Virus record (IMG/VR): IMGVR_UViG_3300034101_003554
Coordinates: 32,001 to 96,000 of that record
Direction: 5' to 3' (one strand)
Length of the DNA stretch: 64,000 nucleotides
Source of the DNA: a virus
Made by a program: the position numbers and the translations under genes. The stretch's first letter is position 1, and each line of letters opens with the position of its first letter. Below are positions 10,488-18,269 of the stretch, piece after piece. Under the pieces are notes generated by a model, which saw only the letters and a list, made by a program, of their open reading frames with translations, was not told where the DNA came from and searched no databases.

Positions 10488-10551
10488 GGTTATAACGAAT
10501 GAGTTCAGCAACTTAAAAAAGACAGCATATCTTAAAAAATCATTCCGAACC
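10488..10551 (+). ncRNA. structured RNA motif, copy 3
   Basis: GGTT/AACC and GAATGA/TCATTC stems with GTTCAGCAA. Confidence 0.55.
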
Positions 10552-10595
10552 AAACTTTTTAATAATTTAGTAATATTTATAAACAAATAACAAAA

Positions 10596-10691
10596 ATGAG
10601 AACATCGATAAACCATATTAGTAATTCAGTACAACCGCAATTTAAAAATTGTTGGTCAGCGGATTCTTATGGTTCAGGTGGAATCTCGTGA
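10596..10691 (+). CDS. putative leader peptide (31 aa) MRTSINHISNSVQPQFKNCWSADSYGSGGIS
   Basis: short ORF between ATATTTAT motif and a terminator preceding a tRNA cluster. Confidence 0.55.
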   Translation: MRTSINHISNSVQPQFKNCWSADSYGSGGIS

Positions 10692-10719
10692 TGGTAAAAA
10701 AAATATTAATTTTTTATAC

Positions 10720-10752
10720 AAACCCTGGACAAAAGACGTTCAGGGTTTTTTT
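10720..10752 (+). terminator. intrinsic terminator / attenuator 1
   Basis: AAACCCTGGAC/GTTCAGGGTTT stem + U-tract. Confidence 0.8.
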
Positions 10753-10782
10753 GTGTTCTTTGACATCGTTGGTAAAATATAA

Positions 10783-10855
10783 TCCCCCTTGGTATAAAGG
10801 TTGATTACATCAGATTTTGAATCTGAGGATGGTGGTTCAATTCCATCAGGGGGAA
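10783..10855 (+). tRNA. tRNA-Gln(TTG)
   Basis: cloverleaf; TCAGA-TTTTGAA-TCTGA. Confidence 0.9.
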
Positions 10856-10902
10856 CAATTTAAAGTGGTTAAATTTGACCACTTAAAAAAAAATATGCAA
10901 TA

Positions 10903-10943
10903 TTGGAACTTTAAGGGATGTGGGATGGTTATAATAATGTAAC
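10903..10943 (+). promoter_or_regulatory. ECF-sigma-like promoter, copy 1
   Basis: TTGGAACT-N16-GGTTATAATAATGTAAC, repeated at 19503 and 24758. Confidence 0.55.
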
Positions 10944-10963
10944 ACACTTAAAAAAATAATAAA

Positions 10964-11125
10964 ATGGAAATGAAAAATCTAACTGGAGCTGAAAAAGTAC
11001 TTTACAAAGCAACTTATGAATTCTTTCTTAATGTTGTAAAAGTTTCTGATGAATGTGCTCATAATGAAGCAATCAATAAGATTGACAAAACTAGAAAGTT
11101 GGCTAAAAAAGTATCTCGTTACTAA
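10964..11125 (+). CDS. small hypothetical protein (53 aa)
   Basis: ORF directly after the GGAACT promoter. Confidence 0.6.
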   Translation: MEMKNLTGAEKVLYKATYEFFLNVVKVSDECAHNEAINKIDKTRKLAKKVSRY

Positions 11126-11141
11126 AAAACTTGATAAAACA

Positions 11142-11173
11142 TTTGGAAATAAGAATAAAGGATTGTAATTTTG
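11142..11173 (+). promoter_or_regulatory. Bacteroidetes housekeeping-sigma promoter
   Basis: TTTG-N20-TAATTTTG. Confidence 0.75.
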
Positions 11174-11177
11174 TGGG

Positions 11178-11243
11178 AGAGTAAGGAAAGGTCGTAGGTA
11201 GCACTGTCCACAACCAGCCTTAAACGTGGTGGATACTTACTCT
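11178..11243 (+). ncRNA. candidate small structured RNA
   Basis: AGAGTAAG/CTTACTCT closing stem, TCCAC/GTGGA inner stem, GC-rich, between promoter and tRNA-Phe. Confidence 0.4.
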
Positions 11244-11250
11244 AAATTAT

Positions 11251-11326
11251 GGTGATGTTGCCAAGTTGGTCAAGGCGAACGACTGAAAATCGTTTTATAC
11301 CAGTTCGAATCTGGTCATCACCACCA
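11251..11326 (+). tRNA. tRNA-Phe(GAA)
   Basis: AACGA-CTGAAAA-TCGTT; CCA encoded. Confidence 0.9.
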
Positions 11327-11337
11327 AACAATTATAT

Positions 11338-11412
11338 GTGGTATGTACCCCAACTGGTAGAGGGGCATCATTGTGGATGATGTATGTGTGGGTTCAAATC
11401 CCATCATACCAC
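11338..11412 (+). tRNA. tRNA-His(GTG)
   Basis: CATCA-TTGTGGA-TGATG; G-1:C73. Confidence 0.9.
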
Positions 11413-11422
11413 CAAACAAATT

Positions 11423-11509
11423 GGAAAGTTAAGCTCGGCGGCCCGAGTCTACGTCTTGAAAACGATAGGTACAATTGTATTGTATGGGGATCGACACCTC
11501 AACTTTCCG
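11423..11509 (+). tRNA. tRNA-Ser(TGA), atypical D/T loops
   Basis: GGAAAGT/ACTTTCC, CTTGAAA loop, long V arm, G73. Confidence 0.75.
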
Positions 11510-11519
11510 CAACAAATTT

Positions 11520-11592
11520 AGTCCCATAGTTCAATGGATTAGAACCGAACAATACGAATGTTCAAATACCTGTTCGAATCGGGTTGGGACTA
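11520..11592 (+). tRNA. tRNA-Arg(ACG)
   Basis: GAACA-ATACGAA-TGTTC. Confidence 0.85.
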
Positions 11593-11601
11593 CAAACAAT
11601 T

Positions 11602-11688
11602 GGAGGATAAAGTAATCAGGGTCGTTACCACCGCCTGCTAAGCGAGTGGCACCAAGTATGGTGTGGGGTTCGTGTCCTCTGTCCTCCG
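11602..11688 (+). tRNA. tRNA-Ser(GCT)
   Basis: GGAGGAT/GTCCTCC, CTGCTAA loop, long V arm. Confidence 0.8.
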
Positions 11689-11705
11689 CAGAAAAATATT
11701 AATAA

Positions 11706-11771
11706 GATTAGAGCAGTTGAGTTCATAACTCAAAGGAATGCAGACAGTGGAGATGAGCGACCCACCTAATC
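11706..11771 (+). ncRNA. D-arm-less tRNA-like element with CAT anticodon stem-loop
   Basis: GATTAG/CTAATC closing stem; TTGAG-TTCATAA-CTCAA; GTGG/CCAC hairpin. Confidence 0.4.
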
Positions 11772-11801
11772 ATATTAAATGAAGAAAAATATTCCAAAGT
11801 G

Positions 11802-11833
11802 TTTGGAAATTAGAAAATGAAATCGTAATTTTG
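11802..11833 (+). promoter_or_regulatory. Bacteroidetes housekeeping-sigma promoter
   Basis: TTTG-N20-TAATTTTG. Confidence 0.75.
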
Positions 11834-11842
11834 TGATACAAT

Positions 11843-11972
11843 AGTCCTGTGGCGAAAGTTAAGGGTAGAGTGAAGATTGAATGTTCAGACACTCCTTAAT
11901 ACTAGGATTGGAGCGAAAGGTCTAACATAAACAATATGTAGCTTAATACAAGTTCGAATCTTGTCAGGACTA
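11843..11972 (+). ncRNA. tRNA-scaffold element 1 (130 nt)
   Basis: AGTCCTG/CAGGACT acceptor + A, ACAAG-TTCGAAT-CTTGT T arm, no anticodon arm. Confidence 0.75.
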
Positions 11973-11994
11973 CTAAAAATTAAAAACTAAAATT

Positions 11995-12171
11995 ATGGAC
12001 ACACATTATTGGGTAAGATTTGAGATTAGAATTGAAACTATCAACAATAGTTTAAACGCTGATGAACAAAAAGAAATCTTTGACTATATAAAATCAAGAA
12101 TTGACGGTAGAGATGACATAGATAGACCTAAAAAGTTGGATTGTTGTTTTGTCAATATGAGAAAATTTTAG
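11995..12171 (+). CDS. small hypothetical protein (58 aa)
   Basis: ORF with A-rich leader directly after element 1. Confidence 0.6.
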   Translation: MDTHYWVRFEIRIETINNSLNADEQKEIFDYIKSRIDGRDDIDRPKKLDCCFVNMRKF

Positions 12172-12184
12172 ATAAGTTAAATAT

Positions 12185-12295
12185 AGTCCTATGGCGGAAT
12201 TGGTAGACGCACTCCCCCTAGATAGGGAGAATATTGTTTCGACGCAATTAACCAGGTGATGGCATCTAATACAGGTTCGAATCCTGTCAGGACTA
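12185..12295 (+). ncRNA. tRNA-scaffold element 2 (111 nt)
   Basis: Leu-type D arm GGCGGAATTGGTAGACGC, canonical T arm, aberrant 8-nt loop and long insert. Confidence 0.75.
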
Positions 12296-12320
12296 CAAAA
12301 ATAAAAATAAAATTAGGAAT

Positions 12321-12554
12321 ATGAAAAAGTCACTTGAAGAAGTAAAGAAATTGAATACGAAAAATCTTCTACGTTTTTATAGAGCAGAACGTATAAGATT
12401 TTATGGTAGTGGATACTGGTGTAGTTGTGGGTGTGGTGAAATGATATGGGAAGCAAGAACATCACAAGCAGATATGGAACAAAAATATAATGAACATAAA
12501 GATTTTTTGAATGTAATTAAAGCAGAACTCAATACAAGAGAACATATTTCTTAA
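12321..12554 (+). CDS. hypothetical protein
   Basis: 77 aa with CSCGC; follows element 2. Confidence 0.65.
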   Translation: MKKSLEEVKKLNTKNLLRFYRAERIRFYGSGYWCSCGCGEMIWEARTSQADMEQKYNEHKDFLNVIKAELNTREHIS

Positions 12555-12575
12555 AATTGTTTGCGAAACTTTTAA

Positions 12576-12696
12576 AGTCTTGTGGCGGAAGTGATAGACG
12601 CTATTGTAAAAGGGTTCACATCCCAAAGATGAGCAAGTGTAATTGCTACATAGATAATGTCATATTATCATACAGGTTCGAATCCTGTCAGGACTA
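12576..12696 (+). ncRNA. tRNA-scaffold element 3 (121 nt)
   Basis: AGTCTTG..GGCGGAAGTGATAGACGC..ACAGGTTCGAATCCTGTCAGGACTA. Confidence 0.75.
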
Positions 12697-12721
12697 TTTT
12701 TTAACTTTAAAACAAATTATT

Positions 12722-12976
12722 ATGAAATCTTTACAAGAACTTTACGCAAACACACCAATTCAAGTGATTGTTGATTTCTATATTCAAAATAACACAGAAG
12801 TATGCCTACTCGAAGGTAAAATTCATAACGGTGACTTGTCTGCAATTGAAGAATTAGAAACCCTTGTTGCCAAAATCCTAAATTATGAGATTGAGAATTT
12901 TGAAGGTAAAGAGTGTTTTGAATCAGCATACCTGAAAAGAATGAAAATGTTGGTTAGAACTAAACAAATTCTTTAA
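12722..12976 (+). CDS. hypothetical protein
   Basis: ATG 12722 (MKSLQELY) after element 3. Confidence 0.65.
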   Translation: MKSLQELYANTPIQVIVDFYIQNNTEVCLLEGKIHNGDLSAIEELETLVAKILNYEIENFEGKECFESAYLKRMKMLVRTKQIL

Positions 12977-12992
12977 AAAAAAATTAAAACTT

Positions 12993-13204
12993 AGTCCTGT
13001 GGCGGAATTGGTAGACGCACATTAGCTGAGTGATGCAATAAGCAAGTACCCCTAATTAAAAGCCTAACGGATTTTACCCACTAGAACAATAAAAATCCTC
13101 AGATTGGGTTTAGGGTCTTACCAAACTCTCCGAAAACAGAGTAGGAGCTGTTAATAACCAAGATGGTAAGTGTTTATTTACAGGTTCGAATCCTGTCAGG
13201 ACTA
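12993..13204 (+). ncRNA. tRNA-scaffold element 4 (212 nt)
   Basis: same ends, about 160-nt insert. Confidence 0.75.
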
Positions 13205-13218
13205 CAAAAAATTAAAAA

Positions 13219-13368
13219 ATGTTAGTAATTATTGGTCTTTTATTTTTGATAATTGGAATCTTATTCTTAATTTTGTCTTACAAAACAAAGAACTCAGACT
13301 TGTTTATAGTTGGAATTATATTTCTAATTGTTCTTTTGTTTGGATTTATATATGGTTTAATAATATAG
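13219..13368 (+). CDS. small two-helix membrane protein (49 aa)
   Basis: MLVIIGLLFLIIGILFLILSYK...; follows element 4. Confidence 0.55.
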   Translation: MLVIIGLLFLIIGILFLILSYKTKNSDLFIVGIIFLIVLLFGFIYGLII

Positions 13369-13436
13369 GTGTAGCTCAGAGGTAGAGTGCTAGTTTTGGG
13401 AACTAGTGGTCGCTGGTTCAATCCCAGTCACCTATA
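13365..13436 (+). tRNA. tRNA-Pro(TGG)
   Basis: CTAGT-TTTGGGA-ACTAG. Confidence 0.9.
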
Positions 13437-13449
13437 CAAGATTTTTAAA

Positions 13450-13523
13450 GGTTCTATAGCTCAATTGGTTAGAGCACCCGACTCATAATCGGTAGGTTCT
13501 AGGTTCAAGTCCTAGTGGAACCA
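13450..13523 (+). tRNA. tRNA(CAT), probably Ile2
   Basis: CCGA-CTCATAA-TCGG, resembles lysidine-type tRNA-Ile2. Confidence 0.85.
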
Positions 13524-13538
13524 CAACAATTTTAACAA

Positions 13539-13613
13539 TGTCCTGTAACTCAGTTGGTTTAGAGTATTCGTCTGATACGCGAAAAGTCGTGAGTTCGAGC
13601 CTCACCAGGACAA
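13539..13613 (+). tRNA. tRNA-Ile(GAT)
   Basis: TTCGT-CTGATAC-GCGAA. Confidence 0.9.
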
Positions 13614-13621
13614 CAACAAAT

Positions 13622-13694
13622 GTCTCAGTAGCTCAGTGGTAGTAGCCCTTGACTGTTAATCAAGTTGTCGTAGGTTCGAATCCTACCTGGGACG
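13622..13694 (+). tRNA. tRNA-Asn(GTT)
   Basis: CTTGA-CTGTTAA-TCAAG. Confidence 0.9.
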
Positions 13695-13710
13695 CAAATT
13701 TTAATAAATT

Positions 13711-13938
13711 ATGGTTAATGTAAAAATTGGTGAATTTAAGGTTGGTGATAAGTTGTTTATTGATTATAGTGAAAATAATCCAAACAATAAACACATCGAA
13801 ATTAGAGCAATTGTGGATATGGAAGTGGTGATTTATTTGGATGAAAAAAATAACTACCATATGGAACCAATTCATTACTTCAATGTGTTATGTAGATGTA
13901 ACTCACTTAAAAAAATAACAAATGAAACGGACAATTAG
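13711..13938 (+). CDS. hypothetical protein
   Basis: 75 aa ORF. Confidence 0.6.
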   Translation: MVNVKIGEFKVGDKLFIDYSENNPNNKHIEIRAIVDMEVVIYLDEKNNYHMEPIHYFNVLCRCNSLKKITNETDN

Positions 13939-14077
13939 AAAACCAAGTTCATCCAAGTTTTATGAAATGCTTAGAAATAAGTACAACAACCACATTAAGA
14001 AACAAGAAAATGAAATGGAAGATTCTACAAATTAGATTCCAACCTAAAAAATTTAATTAACAATATATAATTTTCAT

Positions 14078-14587
14078 ATGAAAAAAGAGTTTTTATTTAA
14101 TGATAACATTATTGATTTTGAATTTGACGAAGTAATAGATAAAAAAATAAATGTTAAGGTATTTCACTATTTCAGTAATAATCTTTTATTTGAAAAAATT
14201 GAAGATAGAATAATTTGTCTTAAAGGTATTGGTAAATTATTCTTTCAAGAAGGATTCCCAATTTCATTATCTATTTCAGTATTAAAAGAACAAGGGGTTG
14301 AGGTTAGTATATTACACGTTGCTGATGAATGTTTAAAAAATGGGTGGTCACCAATAACAACATATAATAAATTAAAATCTGACTTTGAAGAAGATATTGA
14401 CAAAGAAAATCATTATGATTTACATTTATTAAAAAAATTTTGTGAATCAAATTATGAAGACCAAAGAGAAATGATATTTGAATATCTGTTTAAATGCAAA
14501 ACTGATGATGTCAGAAATAAAAAAAATGAAAATCCAATAGACTGGTTACAATTACTTGTAACTAGTGGGGCTAAAAATAAACTTTAA
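14078..14587 (+). CDS. hypothetical protein with AlaRS-like helix motif
   Basis: KLFFQEGFPISLSISVLKEQGVEV resembles the AlaRS KLYDTYGFPxDLT motif. Confidence 0.6.
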   Translation: MKKEFLFNDNIIDFEFDEVIDKKINVKVFHYFSNNLLFEKIEDRIICLKGIGKLFFQEGFPISLSISVLKEQGVEVSILHVADECLKNGWSPITTYNKLKSDFEEDIDKENHYDLHLLKKFCESNYEDQREMIFEYLFKCKTDDVRNKKNENPIDWLQLLVTSGAKNKL

Positions 14588-14596
14588 CAAGAAAAT

Positions 14597-14671
14597 GACC
14601 CTGTAGCTTAGCTGGTTTAAAGCACAATACTTTTAATATTGGGAGCGGGAGTTCAAATCTCCCCAGGGTCA
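14597..14671 (+). tRNA. tRNA-Lys(TTT)
   Basis: CAATA-CTTTTAA-TATTG. Confidence 0.9.
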
Positions 14672-14868
14672 CAACACAATAAGTTACGAAAGGTGTTATT
14701 AGAAAATAGTAGACATATTTTTTGACATTATGGGTCTGAAAATAAAAATTAAGGATGGTACGAAAGTTCAGGACTTTGACTGTAAACTAGGAAAGGTAAC
14801 TAAGATACGCGGTCTCGGTTCTATTGGAGTACAATTATCAGTATAGCCCAATCATTCTTTTATAAATA

Positions 14869-14953
14869 GTCCTTATGGTGTAATGGTTAAACATCCCACT
14901 CTTACAAAGTGGAGACGAGAAGTATAATCCTAGTTCGAATCTAGGTAAGGACA
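14869..14953 (+). tRNA. tRNA-Val(TAC) with long variable region
   Basis: CCACT-CTTACAA-AGTGG; 16-nt variable region. Confidence 0.8.
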
Positions 14954-14982
14954 CATTAAATAATTTTTAAATTACAAAAACG

Positions 14983-15231
14983 ATGAAAAAAATATTATTC
15001 CTTGGATTAATTTCTGTATTATTCCTTAGTTGTCAAAGAGAAGGTATAGAAGAACTAAAAACAGATAATGCGAATTATAACGTTGAGCTTCTATTTAAAG
15101 TTGATGGATGTAAGGTCTATCGATTTTGGGATAAAGGATACAAGTATTTTACAACTTGTGATGGATCCGTGACTCATAAACTAAGTGGAAAACACCCCAA
15201 AGATTTGGGAATACAGACAATCGTGAAATAA
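14983..15231 (+). CDS. putative lipoprotein
   Basis: signal peptide with lipobox FLSC. Confidence 0.7.
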   Translation: MKKILFLGLISVLFLSCQREGIEELKTDNANYNVELLFKVDGCKVYRFWDKGYKYFTTCDGSVTHKLSGKHPKDLGIQTIVK

Positions 15232-15467
15232 AGATTTGAACAATTAAGGGACCGAGCCTGCCTACAATTTCGGTGTGAGGTGCTAGTAGGTAATTGTTCT
15301 TTATGTTATAATAGTACCACGAGGCATCCCATAAGAACTGCTCACTACTGTGGTCTTGTTGCTTGTAAACGAATAGCCCAAGGTATAAGTTATGAAGCTT
15401 AACTCAACCTATCCCCCACTGACGAGTGGGGTGAAGTTGGGGGATTTCATATATTTATAGTAAAAAA

Positions 15468-15926
15468 ATGATGAAAGATTTAAGAATACGTATTAAAACA
15501 ATTTTAAAAGAAGAATTTGAAAATTATACTATAGTATATCGTGGTATTGGAGATAGAATTAACGCTACCTATGGTAAAGTATCTGATGATGGAATGGGTG
15601 TATTTTGGACAGATAATTTAACTATGGCCAAATGGTTTGCTGGACTTATTGATTATTCTGTTGATACTTATAGATATGAAAATATAAAAGGTTCTAAGGG
15701 TAAGATTTTAACTAAAGAAATAAAATTTGAAAATCCATATGTTGTTAATTCAGATGATGAAGATTATGACTCATTTCAAGTTTATATGGATGAAATATAC
15801 AAATTCGGTGGGGTTGACAAATATAAAGAAATGTTAATTGAAAAAAATTATGATGGTATCATATTAAGAAATTGTTCAACAAATTACTATGAAAATGGAA
15901 CTTATGATATCTTTATTGAGTTATAG
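15468..15926 (+). CDS. possible ADP-ribosyltransferase-fold protein
   Basis: VYRG, GVFWTDN..A..FA, YDGIIL motifs; late motif upstream. Confidence 0.5.
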   Translation: MMKDLRIRIKTILKEEFENYTIVYRGIGDRINATYGKVSDDGMGVFWTDNLTMAKWFAGLIDYSVDTYRYENIKGSKGKILTKEIKFENPYVVNSDDEDYDSFQVYMDEIYKFGGVDKYKEMLIEKNYDGIILRNCSTNYYENGTYDIFIEL

Positions 15927-15948
15927 GTAATATAAAAAGAAACAATAG

Positions 15949-16033
15949 GGTTGGGTGGCCGAGTTGGTTAAGGCACTAGTCTGCAAAACTATCGAATGAA
16001 AATTCATCGTGGGTTCGAATCCCTCCCCAACCT
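15949..16033 (+). tRNA. tRNA-Cys(GCA) with long variable arm
   Basis: TAGT-CTGCAAA-ACTA; U73; ATGAA/TTCAT extra arm. Confidence 0.85.
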
Positions 16034-16042
16034 CAAACAAAT

Positions 16043-16115
16043 GTAGATGTAGCTCAATTGGTAGAGTTGCTGATTCCAAACCAGCCGGTTGGGGGTTCGA
16101 GTCCCTCCATCTATG
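16043..16115 (+). tRNA. tRNA-Trp(CCA)
   Basis: GCTG-ATTCCAAAC-CAGC; G73. Confidence 0.9.
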
Positions 16116-16146
16116 CAAATTTTATCAACAATTAAAACTATTTATT

Positions 16147-16467
16147 ATGGTAAGGGATTACATAATCGAAACATTAACAAAAATCAAAGAACAAGATGAG
16201 AAGGTACACAAGCTCTATACTATGGGAGTTGATTTACTTGACTTTGACAACACCATTTCGCAACTTGAGAAGTCCATTCCGACCATCCTCAGAAAAGAAA
16301 AAGACGAACAATACGGATGGATACAGGATTTAGTTGGTTGGTGGTTGTATGAAAAAATTGAAAAAAAGATTTGGCACGATAAAATTGAATTTAATGTTGA
16401 AAGTGTGGAAAATTTTACCGACTATTTGATAAGAGAGTATGGAACAAATGACATACCAACAAATTAA
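16147..16467 (+). CDS. hypothetical protein
   Basis: ATG 16147 (MVRDYII); the longer track ORF overlaps tRNAs. Confidence 0.65.
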   Translation: MVRDYIIETLTKIKEQDEKVHKLYTMGVDLLDFDNTISQLEKSIPTILRKEKDEQYGWIQDLVGWWLYEKIEKKIWHDKIEFNVESVENFTDYLIREYGTNDIPTN

Positions 16468-16469
16468 TT

Positions 16470-17102
16470 ATGGCTTATATTGAAAGTAATTTTTTCCCTT
16501 TAAAGGTATATGTTCGAAATGAATATCTATATCAAAATAAGAAGGGATTTGGTGAATTTACTGAGGGTGTTATAATCTCAATTAGATGTTTACCAGGACA
16601 AGCTGCACTATTCCAAGTATTATTTAATAATGGTGTTATGAGAGATAAACTTCCATCTCACGCATTATTAACTGAACCCAAATCACCTAATGTTGATTTA
16701 CCATTCCATTATCTTCAAATATGGAATTGTTTTTCATACAATTTCTCGGTACATCATTTAAGTTATATCTATGATACCAAAGTTTCAGTCTTTATGAAAG
16801 ATAAGAAATGGTATGATGGAAGTTATTATGCCACAATAAATTGGGGTTCTAGTGATTTGAATAGTGATTTTACCTTGGCTGAGGATCCAATGGAACATAA
16901 ATCACATCACATAATACTACTGAATAATGGCCAAATTGCCCTACAACCAAATAATAGAATAAAATGGGCAGAACCATCCTTTGTCACAAAATCTTTCCCT
17001 GAGAAGCCAGATTATTTGGTGAATAAGGATTATTATAATTGTGAGGGGTTCGAGAAATGGCAAACTGAGGATTCTGATTATATGTTTTATGATAATAATT
17101 AA
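16470..17102 (+). CDS. phage hypothetical protein
   Basis: 210 aa; LQIWNCFS and HKSHH..NGQIALQPNNR motifs. Confidence 0.7.
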   Translation: MAYIESNFFPLKVYVRNEYLYQNKKGFGEFTEGVIISIRCLPGQAALFQVLFNNGVMRDKLPSHALLTEPKSPNVDLPFHYLQIWNCFSYNFSVHHLSYIYDTKVSVFMKDKKWYDGSYYATINWGSSDLNSDFTLAEDPMEHKSHHIILLNNGQIALQPNNRIKWAEPSFVTKSFPEKPDYLVNKDYYNCEGFEKWQTEDSDYMFYDNN

Positions 17103-17105
17103 GAT

Positions 17106-17489
17106 ATGTTTTTATATAAAGTAGAAGTTAAAATAGCAACTAATCCTGAAATGGACTTAGGTTTATTCACAAAAGAATTTATCCCAAAAGGAACTATAGT
17201 TTGGGAATTCGTGGAAGGTGTGGATATTAAAATGGATGAAACGACATTCAATAAATTGAACGAAGCTCAAAAAGAATTTTTTGAAAAATATGGGTGGAAG
17301 GAAGATGATGGGTTTTATTATTCCTCTTGTGACTTAACTAACTTTATTAATCATAGTTACAATCCAAATTTAGATGTTGTGGGGGAAATAATAATTTCAA
17401 ATAAAGATATCCAAATTGGGGAAGAATTATTTGAAGATTATAGTCAATTTGATACTGAGTTTCATACTTATAAAAATGAATTTATTTAA
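17106..17489 (+). CDS. SET-domain protein
   Basis: GLFT..FIPKGT, FINHSYNPN, DIQIGEELFEDY. Confidence 0.85.
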   Translation: MFLYKVEVKIATNPEMDLGLFTKEFIPKGTIVWEFVEGVDIKMDETTFNKLNEAQKEFFEKYGWKEDDGFYYSSCDLTNFINHSYNPNLDVVGEIIISNKDIQIGEELFEDYSQFDTEFHTYKNEFI

Positions 17490-17498
17490 CAAAAAAAT

Positions 17499-18014
17499 AT
17501 GACACCAATGGTAATTGTAAATTTCTATAAACCCTATGATACGACTTGGGAACAACTCCAACTAATGGCATTGGATAAAATTGCCGAACACGAAAAAGAA
17601 ACAAGCGAAGTTGAATTTGGGGATGTCTCCGTTCAACAACAATTTGATGATTATCGTGCAGCTTGTTTTCAAGGGTTAAAAACATTTATAATGCAAGTTC
17701 TAAATGAATGGGGGACTGAAAACATCTTGGTGTTTAATGATAAATTCTATAAGAAATTTGAACATATGGAAATGGAGGGTAGATTAAAAACTTATACAAC
17801 TCCAAATGTTTTCAAAACATCAAAGGAATTATTTAAATGTTTAAAGAAAGAAAAGTTTCAATTAGAACCAGATGATTTTGATTTTATTCACGAAACTTTT
17901 TCAAGTGCTGACGATGTTGTATGTAATATATTCGCGTTTGAATATGAATTAAAAGAAATTGATGATGACAAAGATTGGTTGGATGAGAACGGATTTGGTG
18001 ATATTTTAGAATAA
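17499..18014 (+). CDS. hypothetical protein
   Basis: 171 aa, ends DENGFGDILE. Confidence 0.65.
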   Translation: MTPMVIVNFYKPYDTTWEQLQLMALDKIAEHEKETSEVEFGDVSVQQQFDDYRAACFQGLKTFIMQVLNEWGTENILVFNDKFYKKFEHMEMEGRLKTYTTPNVFKTSKELFKCLKKEKFQLEPDDFDFIHETFSSADDVVCNIFAFEYELKEIDDDKDWLDENGFGDILE

Positions 18015-18269
18015 AAAAAAAGATAATAATATGAAAACAATAGGCGTATTAGAAGCATTGAAAGATGAAACAATTAAAAAAGGAGATAAAATAATTATTG
18101 AACTTATTGTTGATGAAATAGATATTGAAAGTATGTACCCATTATCTGCATTTTGTTTTAATCAATATGATGAAATATCAAAAACTAATTATTTTAAATT
18201 GTCATGGAGTACTAAAATAAAAATAAAAGACATAAATGATGAGAACGGATTTGGGGATATTTTAGAATA
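17982..18269 (+). repeat. 32-bp direct repeat (17982-18013, 18238-18269)
   Basis: GATGAGAACGGATTTGG(T/G)GATATTTTAGAATA. Confidence 0.9.

Noticed and set aside
10760-10783. TTGACA...TATAAT sigma70 promoter before tRNA-Gln
   Set aside because: Spacer only 12 nt; better read as a boxA-like element
11843-13204. Repeated GGTTCGAATCCTGTCAGGACTA as a CRISPR array
   Set aside because: Irregular spacing of hundreds of bases with ORFs between, paired 5' halves forming tRNA-like folds, and no cas genes in the window
12993-13204. Element 4 as an intron-containing tRNA
   Set aside because: No group I P/Q/R/S elements, and no junction found that rebuilds an anticodon arm
15415-15445. CTGACGA as a hammerhead ribozyme core
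   Set aside because: No stem II followed by GAAA; it is the top of a simple hairpin
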